DNA of 64,000 bases. Source: Thermoplasmata archaeon (GTDB lineage Archaea > Thermoplasmatota > DTKX01 > VGTL01). The notes below the pieces were generated by a model. It had not been told where the DNA came from and ran no database searches. It worked only from the letters and a program-made list of their open reading frames with translations. The stretch is taken from assembly GCA_038851035.1 (NCBI GenBank), contig JAWCLH010000005.1, positions 51,251 to 115,250 of the forward strand, in the 5' to 3' direction. This document shows, piece by piece, positions 27,965 through 37,741 of the stretch (position 1 is its first letter; every line of letters starts with the position of its first letter). Both the position numbers and the translations under genes were made by a program.

Positions 27965-29445
27965 TATCCCCCGAGCTGTCCAGTCCCAGGCCCCGATAAG
28001 TTCTCCGCGTCGGTGCTATGTGTGCTGAAGAGCTTGCTCTTTTTATACCCATAATTGGCGTAGATTATCAGCCCTATTCCAAGCCACATTATGAACCTGA
28101 ACCACGTCAGGGGTGGGAGGCTGATCATAAGGGCCAAGCAGAAAATCGCACCCAACGCCGGGAGCCAGGGGACCAGCGGTACCTTGAACGGTCGCCTGAG
28201 GTCAGGCCTGACCTTGCGAAGGACGATGATTCCCACGCTGACTAGGAAGAAGGCGAAGAGGGTCCCGATGTTTGTCAGCTCGGCCGCGATCTCAATTGGG
28301 AGAATGCCCGCACAAATTGCAACGGCAACTCCCGTGACCAGAGTCGCTATATAGGGGGTCCCGAATCGCGGGTGGACTCTCGCAACAACTTTGGGCAACA
28401 GCCCATCCCTCGAAAGGGAGAAAAAGATGCGCGGCTGGGCGAGGAGGCTGACCAAGAGGACACTCGTGATCCCCGCTATCGCACCCGCGGAGACCACGGC
28501 CGTCGCCCAGACCACATTATGCTGGGCGAAAGCGTACGCAAAGGGAGCGGACTGGTTCAGCTCGCTGTACGGAACCATGCCGACTAAGACAGCGGCCGCG
28601 GCTATGTACAGAATGGTGGATATCGCAAGCGAGCCGATTATACCGATGGGTAGATCCCTCTGGGGGTTCTCCGCCTCTTCCGCTGTGGTGGAGGCGGCGT
28701 CGAAGCCGATGTAGGCGAAGAAGACGATGGCGGCCCCACCAAAGATTCCAGGTACCCCGAAAGGAAGGAAGTTCTCGTAGTTCTTTGGGTCTATGTGGGA
28801 TGCCCCAGCCATAACGACAATTAGAATTACCACGATTTTCGTCAGCACGAGCGCGAGATTGATTCTGGCGCTCTCCCGGGTACCTAGAACGAGCAAGAGG
28901 GTGAGTAGCAGGACGATGAAAATCGCCGGGAGGTTTATGAAGCCTCCAGAAAACGGGCCCGCAGCCAGTGCGGCGGGGAACTCGAAGCCCGAGGTCCTCA
29001 GGAGCTGGACGAAGTAGCCCGACCACCCTATCGACACCGCAATCGCGCCAACCGCGTACTCCAGAATCAGATCCCAGCCGATTATCCAGGCTACGAGCTC
29101 GCCCATCGTGGCGTAGGAGTAGGTGTAGGCGCTGCCAGAGATGGGAATCATTGATGCGAACTCTGCATAGCATAGGGCGGCAAGGGCGCAAGCGACCGCG
29201 GCGACAATGAAGGAAATGACGATAGCAGGACCGGCCCTGACCGCCGCCGCAACTCCCGTGAGGACGAATATCCCAGCACCGATGATCGCACCTATGCCGA
29301 TTGCGGTAATTTCAATAACATTGAGGCTGCGCCTGAGCCTGTGGGGTGCCGCCTCGGCCTCAGCTAGCACCTCCTCCACGCTCTTGGTGATGAAGAAGCG
29401 ACGTCTGCAGCGCTCGCCAAGCGTGCCGCCGTTCTCAGTTGCCAT
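27964..29445 (-). CDS. APC-family amino acid permease
   Basis: 493 aa, 12-13 TM. N-terminal (S/T)LxxxxLxxxGxGxxIGxGIF signature (SLNVIEITAIGIGAIIGAGIFVLTG) typical of amino acid-polyamine-organocation transporters. Confidence 0.8.
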   Translation of the reverse strand: MATENGGTLGERCRRRFFITKSVEEVLAEAEAAPHRLRRSLNVIEITAIGIGAIIGAGIFVLTGVAAAVRAGPAIVISFIVAAVACALAALCYAEFASMIPISGSAYTYSYATMGELVAWIIGWDLILEYAVGAIAVSIGWSGYFVQLLRTSGFEFPAALAAGPFSGGFINLPAIFIVLLLTLLLVLGTRESARINLALVLTKIVVILIVVMAGASHIDPKNYENFLPFGVPGIFGGAAIVFFAYIGFDAASTTAEEAENPQRDLPIGIIGSLAISTILYIAAAAVLVGMVPYSELNQSAPFAYAFAQHNVVWATAVVSAGAIAGITSVLLVSLLAQPRIFFSLSRDGLLPKVVARVHPRFGTPYIATLVTGVAVAICAGILPIEIAAELTNIGTLFAFFLVSVGIIVLRKVRPDLRRPFKVPLVPWLPALGAIFCLALMISLPPLTWFRFIMWLGIGLIIYANYGYKKSKLFSTHSTDAENLSGPGTGQLGG

Positions 29446-29629
29446 TGGCTCCGCCCACCCCCCTCAATACCGCAACCAAGTGGGGCACGTCCTTTCTCTC
29501 CCCCGAGCTTTTTGCGCCCCCTCTCCACCCAGCAGGTCTCCCGTGCTCTCGACAATATAGCTCTCTGACCCTCACTCCCGCCTGCCTCTTGGGGTTCCCT
29601 CCCGCAATCATCTTCCTGCCAGTCATGCC

Positions 29630-30257
29630 TCAGGCCTCGTGCATCTCCTCGACCAATGCTACGTAGCTCTCTATGCGTGTGCTTATGGTGAAGGATATGC
29701 TGCCCCGGCCGTGGACCGGCAGCAGGTAATCACGTATTGCGCTCACCTCGATAGTCCAGTCCCCGGTTCCGTTGAGTCCGGGTGGGTAGCGGGTTGCGGC
29801 TTTTTTCTGCGCGTCCTGGAGGCCGGCCGCGGTAACCTTGGCCTCGGCGGGGAGCTCGTTCAGGTCCGTGAACTCGACCGATGTCCGGGTGGTGCCTCCG
29901 GGGGCGCAGCTGGCCTCCTTCACGACACCTTCTGGTGAGGTGATTCTTAGATTGGCGCCGGCTGGGCTTACGAAGGAGAAGCGATAGTTGTCGGTGAACT
30001 CAAACTGAAAAATGATTGTCGTGATATTGGGCTGGGTGACCGTGAGGGTGCTCTGAACCGTCTGGCCGTCGCGCGCCTCCCCGGAGCCTTCCGGCCCGGT
30101 CGCCTCTGTCAGGGGGAACCTGACCGAGTAGCTCCTCAGTCCCGGCCCGCCCGCAGGGACCTCCGTATAGATTGCGAAGCCCGAGAGCGCCGCGAGGACG
30201 AGGCTGAAGCCTATGATGTTGAGCAGGGTGTTGGGCTGTATTCCCTTTCCCCTCCAC
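29630..30257 (-). CDS. Hypothetical secreted/anchored protein; reading frame interrupted near the start (frameshift or sequencing error in a G-run)
   Basis: Track ORFs 30000..30257 (GTG start) and 29630..29923 are in different frames. Frame B, continuous from 30277 to 29630, encodes a signal-anchor (LLNIIGFSLVLAALSGFAIY) plus beta-rich domain, but has no ATG/GTG/TTG start upstream of the anchor. The GTG at 30257 is in frame A just before a GGGGAAAGGG run. Confidence 0.35.
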
Positions 30258-30441
30258 TGGTAAAAGTGTGGAGCGATTTAAGGTTGTTGGGGTAATTTAT
30301 TGCTTCTCCCAAACGCCTTCCTCTCTCCTCTTTTTTCCCCGCCCTCACCTATTGGCAGTCACACAGGCGAGGTGGGGGCATCGGTCCGTTCCGAGGGCAC
30401 CCCGCACCACCGCACCAATTCATTAATATATAGCCAACCGA

Positions 30442-33429
30442 ATGTTCATGGTGATGAGAGGGGTTCCGGCGCCGGTGGTCGTCCTTTTACTTCTCGTGCC
30501 CGGGGCAGGAGCAACTTTTCAGGAGCGGGCGATGGAAGCGGGTGGGCAACCGGGCGGCCTCCATTCCATCCCCATCTATTTTGACGTCCCATTGGCGCCG
30601 GGCAGCGGCGTGAGACAAGAGCCCTCCACCAAGCTTTTCACAGTTCCTCCCCCGGAGGTCCAGGCCGCGATCAAGGGCCTGACCTGCCAGGTCTCGCAGG
30701 ACCATCTCAGGCGGTACCTGACCACGCTTCAGGAGTTCGGGACGCGCTTCTGCGCCGCGCCCCAGATGGCGCTGGCGACGAGGTGGCTCCACGACACTCT
30801 CGATAGAAACGGCCGTCTGCAGGTCTCCTTCCACAACTTCACCTACCAGGGGCAGGTCAACACATATCTGATGAGCAGCGTGATTCTCACCCTTCCGGGC
30901 CTGAACACCAGCTCGGACGCGGTCTACTATTTCTACGCCCACTCTGATAGCGTCTCGCAGGACTACTGGAACAACGCCCCCGGCGCTGACGATGACGGCT
31001 CGGGCTGCGTTGCTGTTCTCGAGGCCGCTCGAATTCTAAGCAGGTACGATTTCCAGGACACCATAAAGTTCTGCTTCTTCACCGCTGAGGAGATAGGGCT
31101 GGTGGGCTCGGGGCGATACGTGGAGAGCATCCACTCAATGGGGGAGAATGTGCAGGGCGGGATATGCTACGATATGGTCGGAAGCTCGTACGCTGGGGGA
31201 ACATACGACTTCAACCTAGCTTGGGACCCCGCCTCCGCGCCGCAGGGCCGGTACATGGTTGGCGTGAACGAGAGATACGGAATCGGTCTGCGCATAGACA
31301 CCTATCAGTACCCCGCGGGTCAGGGCGCCCCGACGGACGTCACTCGCTTCTGGCAGCACGGCTACCCTGGGGTCTTCGGCATCGAAGAGGACTTCAGCCC
31401 CTACTACCACTCGACCATGGACAGGGTGGAGTACATCAACTTCACGCTCGTCCAAAGGGCTACAATGCTCGCAATCGCATCCCTAGCGGAGATGGCCAGG
31501 TTTATGTATGTTGACCTCTCCATCCCGCCGGATGGCCTGAGACTTTCGAGCGAAAGGCCGGAGGAGGGGGAGGATGTGGAGATATCGGTCAATGTAACCA
31601 ACACGGGCAACCTGAACGCTACGGACGTCGATGTCGAGTTCTACTTAGATGGTCTCCCAATCGCCGCCAGACGTGTTGATGTGCCCGCAGGTGCGACCTC
31701 CTCCACAGAAGCGAGGTGGAAGGCGGCCGTGGGGACCCACAGGGTCACCGTTGAAATCGACCCGCGGAACAATGTCGTGGAGAGCGACGAGAGCAACAAC
31801 ACAGCCGAGAGGTTTGTGGAGGTGAACGACAAGCCTGTGGCATTCCTCTCGGCCTCGCCCCTCTCAGTCCTGACACAGGAGGAGGTCCGCTTCGAAGGCG
31901 GGAGCTCGGTGGACGCCATCGGCGGCGTCTCGGAGTACAGCTTCGACTTCGGCGACGGAAGCGGCACGGGCTGGACGCCGTCGGCCCGAGCGGCCCACTC
32001 GTACGGCAACGATGGTGTCTACACCGCCTCGCTGCGCGTCCGCGACGCCCTCGGCTCAGTCTCCGGGCCGTCCAGAATTAACATCACGGTTCTCAACCGG
32101 GCCCCCTCCGCCAGCCCATCAGCGAACAGCACCCGCGCCCTGACCCTCGTGCCCATCAAGTTCTTCTCAAACGCCTCCGACCAGGACGGTTCCGTGACGG
32201 TCCGCTGGAGCTTTGGGGACGGCTGCGAGACCGATGAGCTCGACCCCGTCCATGTCTATACAAACAGCGGGAGCTACGACGTCCTCCTGAATGTAACGGA
32301 CGATGATGGCTCCTCTTCCATCTACCACCTCGGAATAATCGTTAGCAACCGGCCCCCGGCCTGCTTCATAGAGGTGCCGGAGGACACGGGGGACATCACC
32401 ACGGAGTTCACATTCACGGCGCGCGCCAATGACCCTGATGGCAGGGTCGTGGCCGTCCTTTGGGATCTAGGCGACGGGGAAACCGACCCCCGCTGGAGCG
32501 TCGCCCACTCCTATGATAGACCGGGAAGATACACCATCCGCCTGACTGTGAAGGATGACGACGGCTCCGAGGCCACCGCATACACAATCGTCGAGGTCAG
32601 GGACAGGAGGCCCGTGGCGAGGGCGATGGCCCATCCCGAGGAGGTCAGCACCTTCAGGCCCGTCCTTTTCTTCGGGGGCGACTCAAGCGACCTCGAGGGC
32701 CCCGTGGTCTATCTCTGGGACTTCGGCGACGGGAACGTGTCCTCGGACGCATCGCCCCGGCACGCCTACACGCGCCCCGGCACCTACGCCCCCTCCCTCA
32801 CCGTGATGGACAGCGCGGGCCAGACTGACACTTTTTACCTCGAGCCTGTCAGGGTCATCAATCGGAGGCCCATTGCCGCGTTCAGGGCCTTCGGCTGCTT
32901 CACCGAGGGTAGAGAGGTCTACTTCGACGCCACTAGCTCTTCTGACCCCGAGGGCCCGGTGATTCTCTACTGGAGCTTCGGGGACGGGACGCACGCCGGA
33001 GGACCGGTCGTGGAGCATGTTTTCCTCCGCCCCGGCAACTACACCGTCGAGCTCACCGTTGTGGACGACTACGGCGAGTCTTCTGCGGCCTCACTCATCG
33101 TAACAATCGAGCCCCTTCCTCCACTCCCGCCGCCTCCTAAGAAAGAGCCCGCGCTGGAGAACAGGGACTGGCTGGTAAGCCTGCTTGGAGCGCTGGGTCT
33201 GGTTCTGATGGCGCTCCTTGTGCTGATGGCATTCTGGGGGCTCCGATGGAGGGCGAGGGCGGCCGGGTCAGGAGTTGTCAGAATGGAGGGAAGGGCGTTC
33301 CCCCCGGAGCCGCCCGAGGCCGAGCCCTGGACGCCCGATAATTCTATTGGTGAATTCGCTGAGGACCCCGGCGCCGGACCTCATCCCGGGCCCCCCTACA
33401 CGGGCGAGCCCCCCGGCCGGGGGTTATAG
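30442..33429 (+). CDS. Secreted M28-family Zn aminopeptidase fused to CARDB and multiple PKD domains, C-terminal TM anchor and cytoplasmic tail (paralogue of 12000..14585)
   Basis: 995 aa. Signal peptide MFMVMRGVPAPVVVLLLLVPGAGA. M28 motifs (YAHSDS...GADDDGSGCVAVLEAARIL...FCFFTAEEIGLVGS). CARDB (VNVTNTGNLNATDVDVEFYLDG). At least 5 PKD repeats (FDFGDGSGTGW..YTASLRVRDALG etc). TM WLVSLLGALGLVLMALLVLMAFWGL. Confidence 0.8.
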   Translation: MFMVMRGVPAPVVVLLLLVPGAGATFQERAMEAGGQPGGLHSIPIYFDVPLAPGSGVRQEPSTKLFTVPPPEVQAAIKGLTCQVSQDHLRRYLTTLQEFGTRFCAAPQMALATRWLHDTLDRNGRLQVSFHNFTYQGQVNTYLMSSVILTLPGLNTSSDAVYYFYAHSDSVSQDYWNNAPGADDDGSGCVAVLEAARILSRYDFQDTIKFCFFTAEEIGLVGSGRYVESIHSMGENVQGGICYDMVGSSYAGGTYDFNLAWDPASAPQGRYMVGVNERYGIGLRIDTYQYPAGQGAPTDVTRFWQHGYPGVFGIEEDFSPYYHSTMDRVEYINFTLVQRATMLAIASLAEMARFMYVDLSIPPDGLRLSSERPEEGEDVEISVNVTNTGNLNATDVDVEFYLDGLPIAARRVDVPAGATSSTEARWKAAVGTHRVTVEIDPRNNVVESDESNNTAERFVEVNDKPVAFLSASPLSVLTQEEVRFEGGSSVDAIGGVSEYSFDFGDGSGTGWTPSARAAHSYGNDGVYTASLRVRDALGSVSGPSRINITVLNRAPSASPSANSTRALTLVPIKFFSNASDQDGSVTVRWSFGDGCETDELDPVHVYTNSGSYDVLLNVTDDDGSSSIYHLGIIVSNRPPACFIEVPEDTGDITTEFTFTARANDPDGRVVAVLWDLGDGETDPRWSVAHSYDRPGRYTIRLTVKDDDGSEATAYTIVEVRDRRPVARAMAHPEEVSTFRPVLFFGGDSSDLEGPVVYLWDFGDGNVSSDASPRHAYTRPGTYAPSLTVMDSAGQTDTFYLEPVRVINRRPIAAFRAFGCFTEGREVYFDATSSSDPEGPVILYWSFGDGTHAGGPVVEHVFLRPGNYTVELTVVDDYGESSAASLIVTIEPLPPLPPPPKKEPALENRDWLVSLLGALGLVLMALLVLMAFWGLRWRARAAGSGVVRMEGRAFPPEPPEAEPWTPDNSIGEFAEDPGAGPHPGPPYTGEPPGRGL

Positions 33430-33503
33430 GCCACGGTGTAGGCGGAGAGGGAAAAAGAACATGAAGTTGAGAGGGAGCCCGGGTGTCGAGAGAAACCGAG
33501 GTC

Positions 33504-34442
33504 TCAGGTCTTCCGAATTCGGCCTATCGAGGGCTCGTAGAGAACGCCCGACTCCATCAGATCCATCACTATCTGGTCCACGGTCTCCTTGCTCAGACCC
33601 TCCTTCTTCGCCCTCTCCACGATTTTCTCCCAGGGCGCTCCCTTCGTGCCCGTCTGGAGGCTCTCGACGATTTTTATGACCTTCGCCTCCTCCTCCTTGG
33701 AGTAGCCCGGGACCTCATCGTCACCGGGCTCCTCCGCCTCCTCGGATGCCATCTCCCCGGGCCCCTCTTTCTCTCCCGGAATGGCGAACGCCTCCTCCTC
33801 CTCTCCCGCTCTGCCATTCATCTCGGGCAGGACGTAGCGCAGGCAACTCTCCAGCATCGCCCTGAAGCGCTCCAGGTCAGGAGGTCCGTATCTCTTGAGG
33901 GCAAGGATGAGCCCCTCGGCCTGACTGCGGCTCGCGCCGAGCGACACCAGGGCCTCAACGGTCGGCTTCTCGAGGCCCATGGCCTCTTCGGCGAGCTCGA
34001 TTCTCTTTTTGAGGCTTCTGCAGGCCTCGAGTACCCAGTAGTCCCTGAGAGCCGCTGTCGAAGGAACCACGGTCTCGGCCTTGAGCGAGAGGTAGACCAC
34101 GCCTTCCTCCGGTCTGTAGACCCGTACCTTTCCGACGACGGCGGCGAAGGCTGGTGGAGTGATTCTGGCCAGAGCGCCCGCGGCCTCGGGGCTGTACTTG
34201 CCCGCAGATATGTAATAGGTCTCGGTGGGGTCAGAGAGCCGGGCGCGCCAGAGCGGGTCACCACTCGTTGAGATGTTCTCGACGTCAGTTATCACTCCCA
34301 CGACGAGGACCCTATTGACGCAGAGGCCGAGCGGCGTGAGCACGTGGCCGGGCGAGAACTCGCCCTCCGGCTCCAGCTCCACCGTGGATGAATTGAATTC
34401 CTCGGCGAAGAGGCGGTGGGCGATCTCCCTTGGGGCTCTCAA
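33504..34442 (-). CDS. RPA-associated protein (RPA32-like OB fold plus C-terminal winged helix)
   Basis: 312 aa immediately downstream of and overlapping the RPA gene. Central OB-fold-like region, then acidic linker and C-terminal wH-like segment (EKIVERAKKEGLSKETVDQIVMDLMESGVLYEP). Resembles the euryarchaeal RPA operon partner. Confidence 0.55.
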   Translation of the reverse strand: MRAPREIAHRLFAEEFNSSTVELEPEGEFSPGHVLTPLGLCVNRVLVVGVITDVENISTSGDPLWRARLSDPTETYYISAGKYSPEAAGALARITPPAFAAVVGKVRVYRPEEGVVYLSLKAETVVPSTAALRDYWVLEACRSLKKRIELAEEAMGLEKPTVEALVSLGASRSQAEGLILALKRYGPPDLERFRAMLESCLRYVLPEMNGRAGEEEEAFAIPGEKEGPGEMASEEAEEPGDDEVPGYSKEEEAKVIKIVESLQTGTKGAPWEKIVERAKKEGLSKETVDQIVMDLMESGVLYEPSIGRIRKT

Positions 34443-35789
34443 TCAATCCACCTCCAGCTTCTCGAGCATCGCCCTCGCCTCAGCCTGGACATCCACCTCC
34501 AGCATCCTGGCTGAGGTCGCCACGAGCATCAGGCCATACTCGTCCGATGTCACGTTGCCCGTCAGCTCCATCGGGCGTGCGATCACCTTCTCCATTATGT
34601 CGGCCCGGACGGCGTCGGGGCTGGCGAGCTCGGTCAGCACCTTCATGTAGTCCTCCATCGCCCTCCCCGTCACCCTCTCTGTGAGCTCCCTGTTGAGAAC
34701 AGCGATGAGGGCTCCGGTGCCGTCGTCGATCGCGGCTTTGATTCTCAGGTCGGGCTTTCCTTTCACCGCCCCGTGAACCCTGCAGACGCCCTTCTGAATA
34801 ACGCGCCTGCATTCGGGGCAGCGCAACACGACGCCGCTCCCCGGCTTGACATCAATGATGATGCCCCGGATAGTCACGGCTGCCGCCCCGCCGCGCGCGG
34901 CGATCTCCTCGATGGTCGTCACATGTCCGCGCTCCAGCTCCTTGAGTCCCGGAAGTGTCGAGTGTTCCAGTCTCTCAACCTTCGACCTCTCATCGAAAGT
35001 GAGGCGCGGGATGCCCTTCCAGCACTTGATGTAGGCGCCCTGAATTCTCACAGCGTCGCCGGGCTTTATCGGGAATTCGTGCCACATCGTGAACTGGGCC
35101 CGGCCCGTCTCGTCGGCGAGGAGACCCGAGAAGACCGTCTTGACCGCGTCCCCAACGGGCACCTCCCTCCTCTCAATGGTCAGAATTCTTGCCTCGACGG
35201 TAACGTTGTTCTCGCCATCTTTGAAATCCCTCACTTTCAGCACCCTCTCCTCACCGAACCTCCCTGCGGCGGCCGCTGGAACGAGCTCGTCCGAGACCTT
35301 TTCGAAGGTCGTCCTGTTGCCAAAGTTTATCTGGGGCTCGCCGTTCCAGTCCTTCGTGTAGGCGCTCCTGACCCGAATCACATCGCCCTTTTTGAACGGC
35401 ACCTCCTCCATCCAAGCGGTGTAGGTCTTCGACGCAGTCTCGTCGGCGATGATTCCATAGTGGATTTTCTTCTTCTCACCGTCGACCTCCACCTCCTTCG
35501 GATTAACCGTGAGCACCCTCACGACGAAGTCTACAGAAGGCTCGTTCACCTGCAGCTCCGAGAGCTTTCTCGGCGGCCCAGACGAGACCCTTAGCTCTGC
35601 AGGGTTGCCCCCGTGCTTCCTCACAACGCTCCTCTTCGCCGTGGCGATATCTAGCACCCTGTAGGTCTCCAGATACTCCCTCAGCTCTTTCTCAACATCT
35701 ATGCCCTCTTTCAAAACCCTGTCCTTCCCGAGCGCCCTCGCGACGTCCTCGACGTGGGGCGCCAGCTCTTCCTTCGTCACCATGCTCAT
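34443..35789 (-). CDS. rpa: Replication factor A (RPA, single-stranded DNA-binding protein) with multiple OB folds and a zinc ribbon
   Basis: 448 aa. Repeated OB-fold segments (RVRSAYTKDWNGEP.., RIQGAYIKCWKGIP..) and a Cys4 ribbon (CPECRRVIQKGVCRVHG). Confidence 0.85.
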   Translation of the reverse strand: MSMVTKEELAPHVEDVARALGKDRVLKEGIDVEKELREYLETYRVLDIATAKRSVVRKHGGNPAELRVSSGPPRKLSELQVNEPSVDFVVRVLTVNPKEVEVDGEKKKIHYGIIADETASKTYTAWMEEVPFKKGDVIRVRSAYTKDWNGEPQINFGNRTTFEKVSDELVPAAAAGRFGEERVLKVRDFKDGENNVTVEARILTIERREVPVGDAVKTVFSGLLADETGRAQFTMWHEFPIKPGDAVRIQGAYIKCWKGIPRLTFDERSKVERLEHSTLPGLKELERGHVTTIEEIAARGGAAAVTIRGIIIDVKPGSGVVLRCPECRRVIQKGVCRVHGAVKGKPDLRIKAAIDDGTGALIAVLNRELTERVTGRAMEDYMKVLTELASPDAVRADIMEKVIARPMELTGNVTSDEYGLMLVATSARMLEVDVQAEARAMLEKLEVD

Positions 35790-36088
35790 TCCACCTGGAC
35801 CCGTTCTACCCGCCCGGTCTACGCGATCGAAGGCGATTCGAGCCCCACTCGCCCGCCCTCTCCCGCATCACCTCATGCAGGCACTTCGCCGACGCCCTCC
35901 CCCTGGGGCGCGGTTCGTCAGTGCTGCGCCCTGTTGCGGGGGAGCCGGCCCCGGCGGGGCTCTTTGGTCCTTGGGAGCCCAACGACCCAACCCACGTCGC
36001 CGTATAAAAAGGGTTTGGAGGGGTAGGTGAAAGTCGGCAACGGCGGATTTATCACGGAAAAGTGTGGCCCCGCTGTCGTGGGAGGGAA

Positions 36089-36586
36089 TCACACACCGGG
36101 GTCTGCGAGCGAGCACCTCCCGCAGAGCCAGGGTCCTTTTCTATCTGTGTCAGCCAGAGAGTTAGAGAAGTGCATCACGCAGAGCGGGTCAGGGCAGTGG
36201 CCGAGCCCCCTCACATGCCCAAGCTCGTGAATCGCTTCTTTTACGAGACGCTCGAGATAGATCCGCCGGATGGGGTGGTGGAGTCTGTGGCTGCTTACAA
36301 CCGCCCCCCTCCCACCCCTCTGCGCAAGTCCGAAGACGAAGTTCAGATCCGGCGTGTAGAGGTCGAGGTCGGTTATTCCAAGGACAGTCCCCGGGTGCCT
36401 CAGGGCTACCTCGAGAAAGGCGGAGGCGAGATACTGGGCCCGGCGTGGGCTGTAGGCCGCGGCGGGGACGGGCTCATTCCTGACCGCAATGACCCGGTAC
36501 CCCGCGCCGGGAAGGAGGGCCCCGAGTTCCCTGATATCTGCTTCGGGGACATCGCCGAACAGGACAAGGGTGAGTTCCTTGGACAT
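36089..36586 (-). CDS. amzA: Archaemetzincin (zinc metallopeptidase)
   Basis: 165 aa. Signature HELGHVRGLGHC-PDPLC-VMHFS...CGRCS (HExxHxxGxxHCx4CxM...CxxC). Confidence 0.85.
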   Translation of the reverse strand: MSKELTLVLFGDVPEADIRELGALLPGAGYRVIAVRNEPVPAAAYSPRRAQYLASAFLEVALRHPGTVLGITDLDLYTPDLNFVFGLAQRGGRGAVVSSHRLHHPIRRIYLERLVKEAIHELGHVRGLGHCPDPLCVMHFSNSLADTDRKGPWLCGRCSLADPGV

Positions 36587-36668
36587 CCAGAGGGCCAGAG
36601 GCGTGCGGGAGATTTAAGTTTGGGGATGCGGATGGGGGCTGCCCGGAGCATGGAGCTGGGGCGCTGAC

Positions 36669-37232
36669 ATGCCGATTGCGGTTCTGCACTGGCCGACGGT
36701 GTGGCCCCTATTCGCGCACAGACCGGCGAGGTTCGACTTCTTCGCCCTGAGCGTCGGCTCCGTCATCCCGGATTTAGAGTGCCCTTTCCTTTACATCCTC
36801 ACTTGGGACAGATGGAAGTCTAGGGGGTTGATGCACTCGTTGCTCGGCTCAATCACCGTGGACCTCGGTCTCACAATCGCGCTCGTGCTCTTTGCGGTCC
36901 CGCCGCTGCTACGCAAACTCGAGGGCCGTCTGAAGAACAAGAGGTGGTTCTTTTTCGCTGGGGTGGACCTCCGCTCCCAAAAGCCCTCGATTTTCGTCAC
37001 GAGCTCCTCGGCACTGATTGGGACAGTATCGCATGTGCTCCTCGACACGCTCCACCACCCCTACAACCCCCTGAGCTTTCCGGTGGAGAGTTACTATGGC
37101 TTCAACCTGGTTCCCTTCGGAGATTTTGAGAGGGTTGGCTGGATTGTCCAGCTATCGATGCTGGCGCTCCTCCTAGCAATGCTTTACTTTTACTATTTCA
37201 GGCAACAAGCGAGGGGGGCGGGTGGGAAGTGA
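36669..37232 (+). CDS. Hypothetical multi-pass membrane protein (possible membrane-bound metal-dependent hydrolase family)
   Basis: 187 aa, 4-5 hydrophobic helices, conserved His/Asp in loops (HSLLGSITVDLG, HVLLDTLHHPYN). No firm family assignment. Confidence 0.45.
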   Translation: MPIAVLHWPTVWPLFAHRPARFDFFALSVGSVIPDLECPFLYILTWDRWKSRGLMHSLLGSITVDLGLTIALVLFAVPPLLRKLEGRLKNKRWFFFAGVDLRSQKPSIFVTSSSALIGTVSHVLLDTLHHPYNPLSFPVESYYGFNLVPFGDFERVGWIVQLSMLALLLAMLYFYYFRQQARGAGGK

Positions 37233-37729
37233 GGAGTTCGGTGAAAATAAGACCCGCCAGCGAGGCCGACCTATTGGCGATGGCTGAAATCTACAACGAC
37301 GCCGTCCTGCACACTACAGCCACCTTCGACACAGAGCCGAGGGACGAGGAGCGGATGAGGAGGTGGTACCTGGCGCACAAGCCCTCTCACCCGATTCTGG
37401 TTGCGGAGGAGGACGGAAGGGTTGTGGGCTGGGCCTCGCTCAGCCGGTGGTCGAGGAGGAAGGGCTACGACAGGACGGTCGAGCTCTCAGTCTATGTTGC
37501 GAGAGAGCACAGGGGGAGGGGGATAGGAAAGGCCCTGATGGAGGGAATTCTCGAAGAGGGAAAGAGGGCCGGGTTCCATCTGGTTGTTTCGCGCATTGTG
37601 GAGGGTAGCGACGCCAGCCTCCACCTGCACGAGGCGCTTGGCTTTGAGAGAGTAGGTGTGATGAGGGAGGCGGGGTGGAAATTCGGCCGGTGGCTTGACG
37701 TTCATATTTTTCAAAAACTGCTTGATTGA
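37229..37729 (+). CDS. GNAT-family N-acetyltransferase
   Basis: 166 aa. Acetyl-CoA-binding motif RGRGIGKALMEGILEE (R/Q-x-x-G-x-G/A) and typical GNAT core. ATGA overlap with the upstream gene. Confidence 0.8.
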   Translation: MRSSVKIRPASEADLLAMAEIYNDAVLHTTATFDTEPRDEERMRRWYLAHKPSHPILVAEEDGRVVGWASLSRWSRRKGYDRTVELSVYVAREHRGRGIGKALMEGILEEGKRAGFHLVVSRIVEGSDASLHLHEALGFERVGVMREAGWKFGRWLDVHIFQKLLD

Positions 37730-37741
37730 GCCGGCCCCGTC

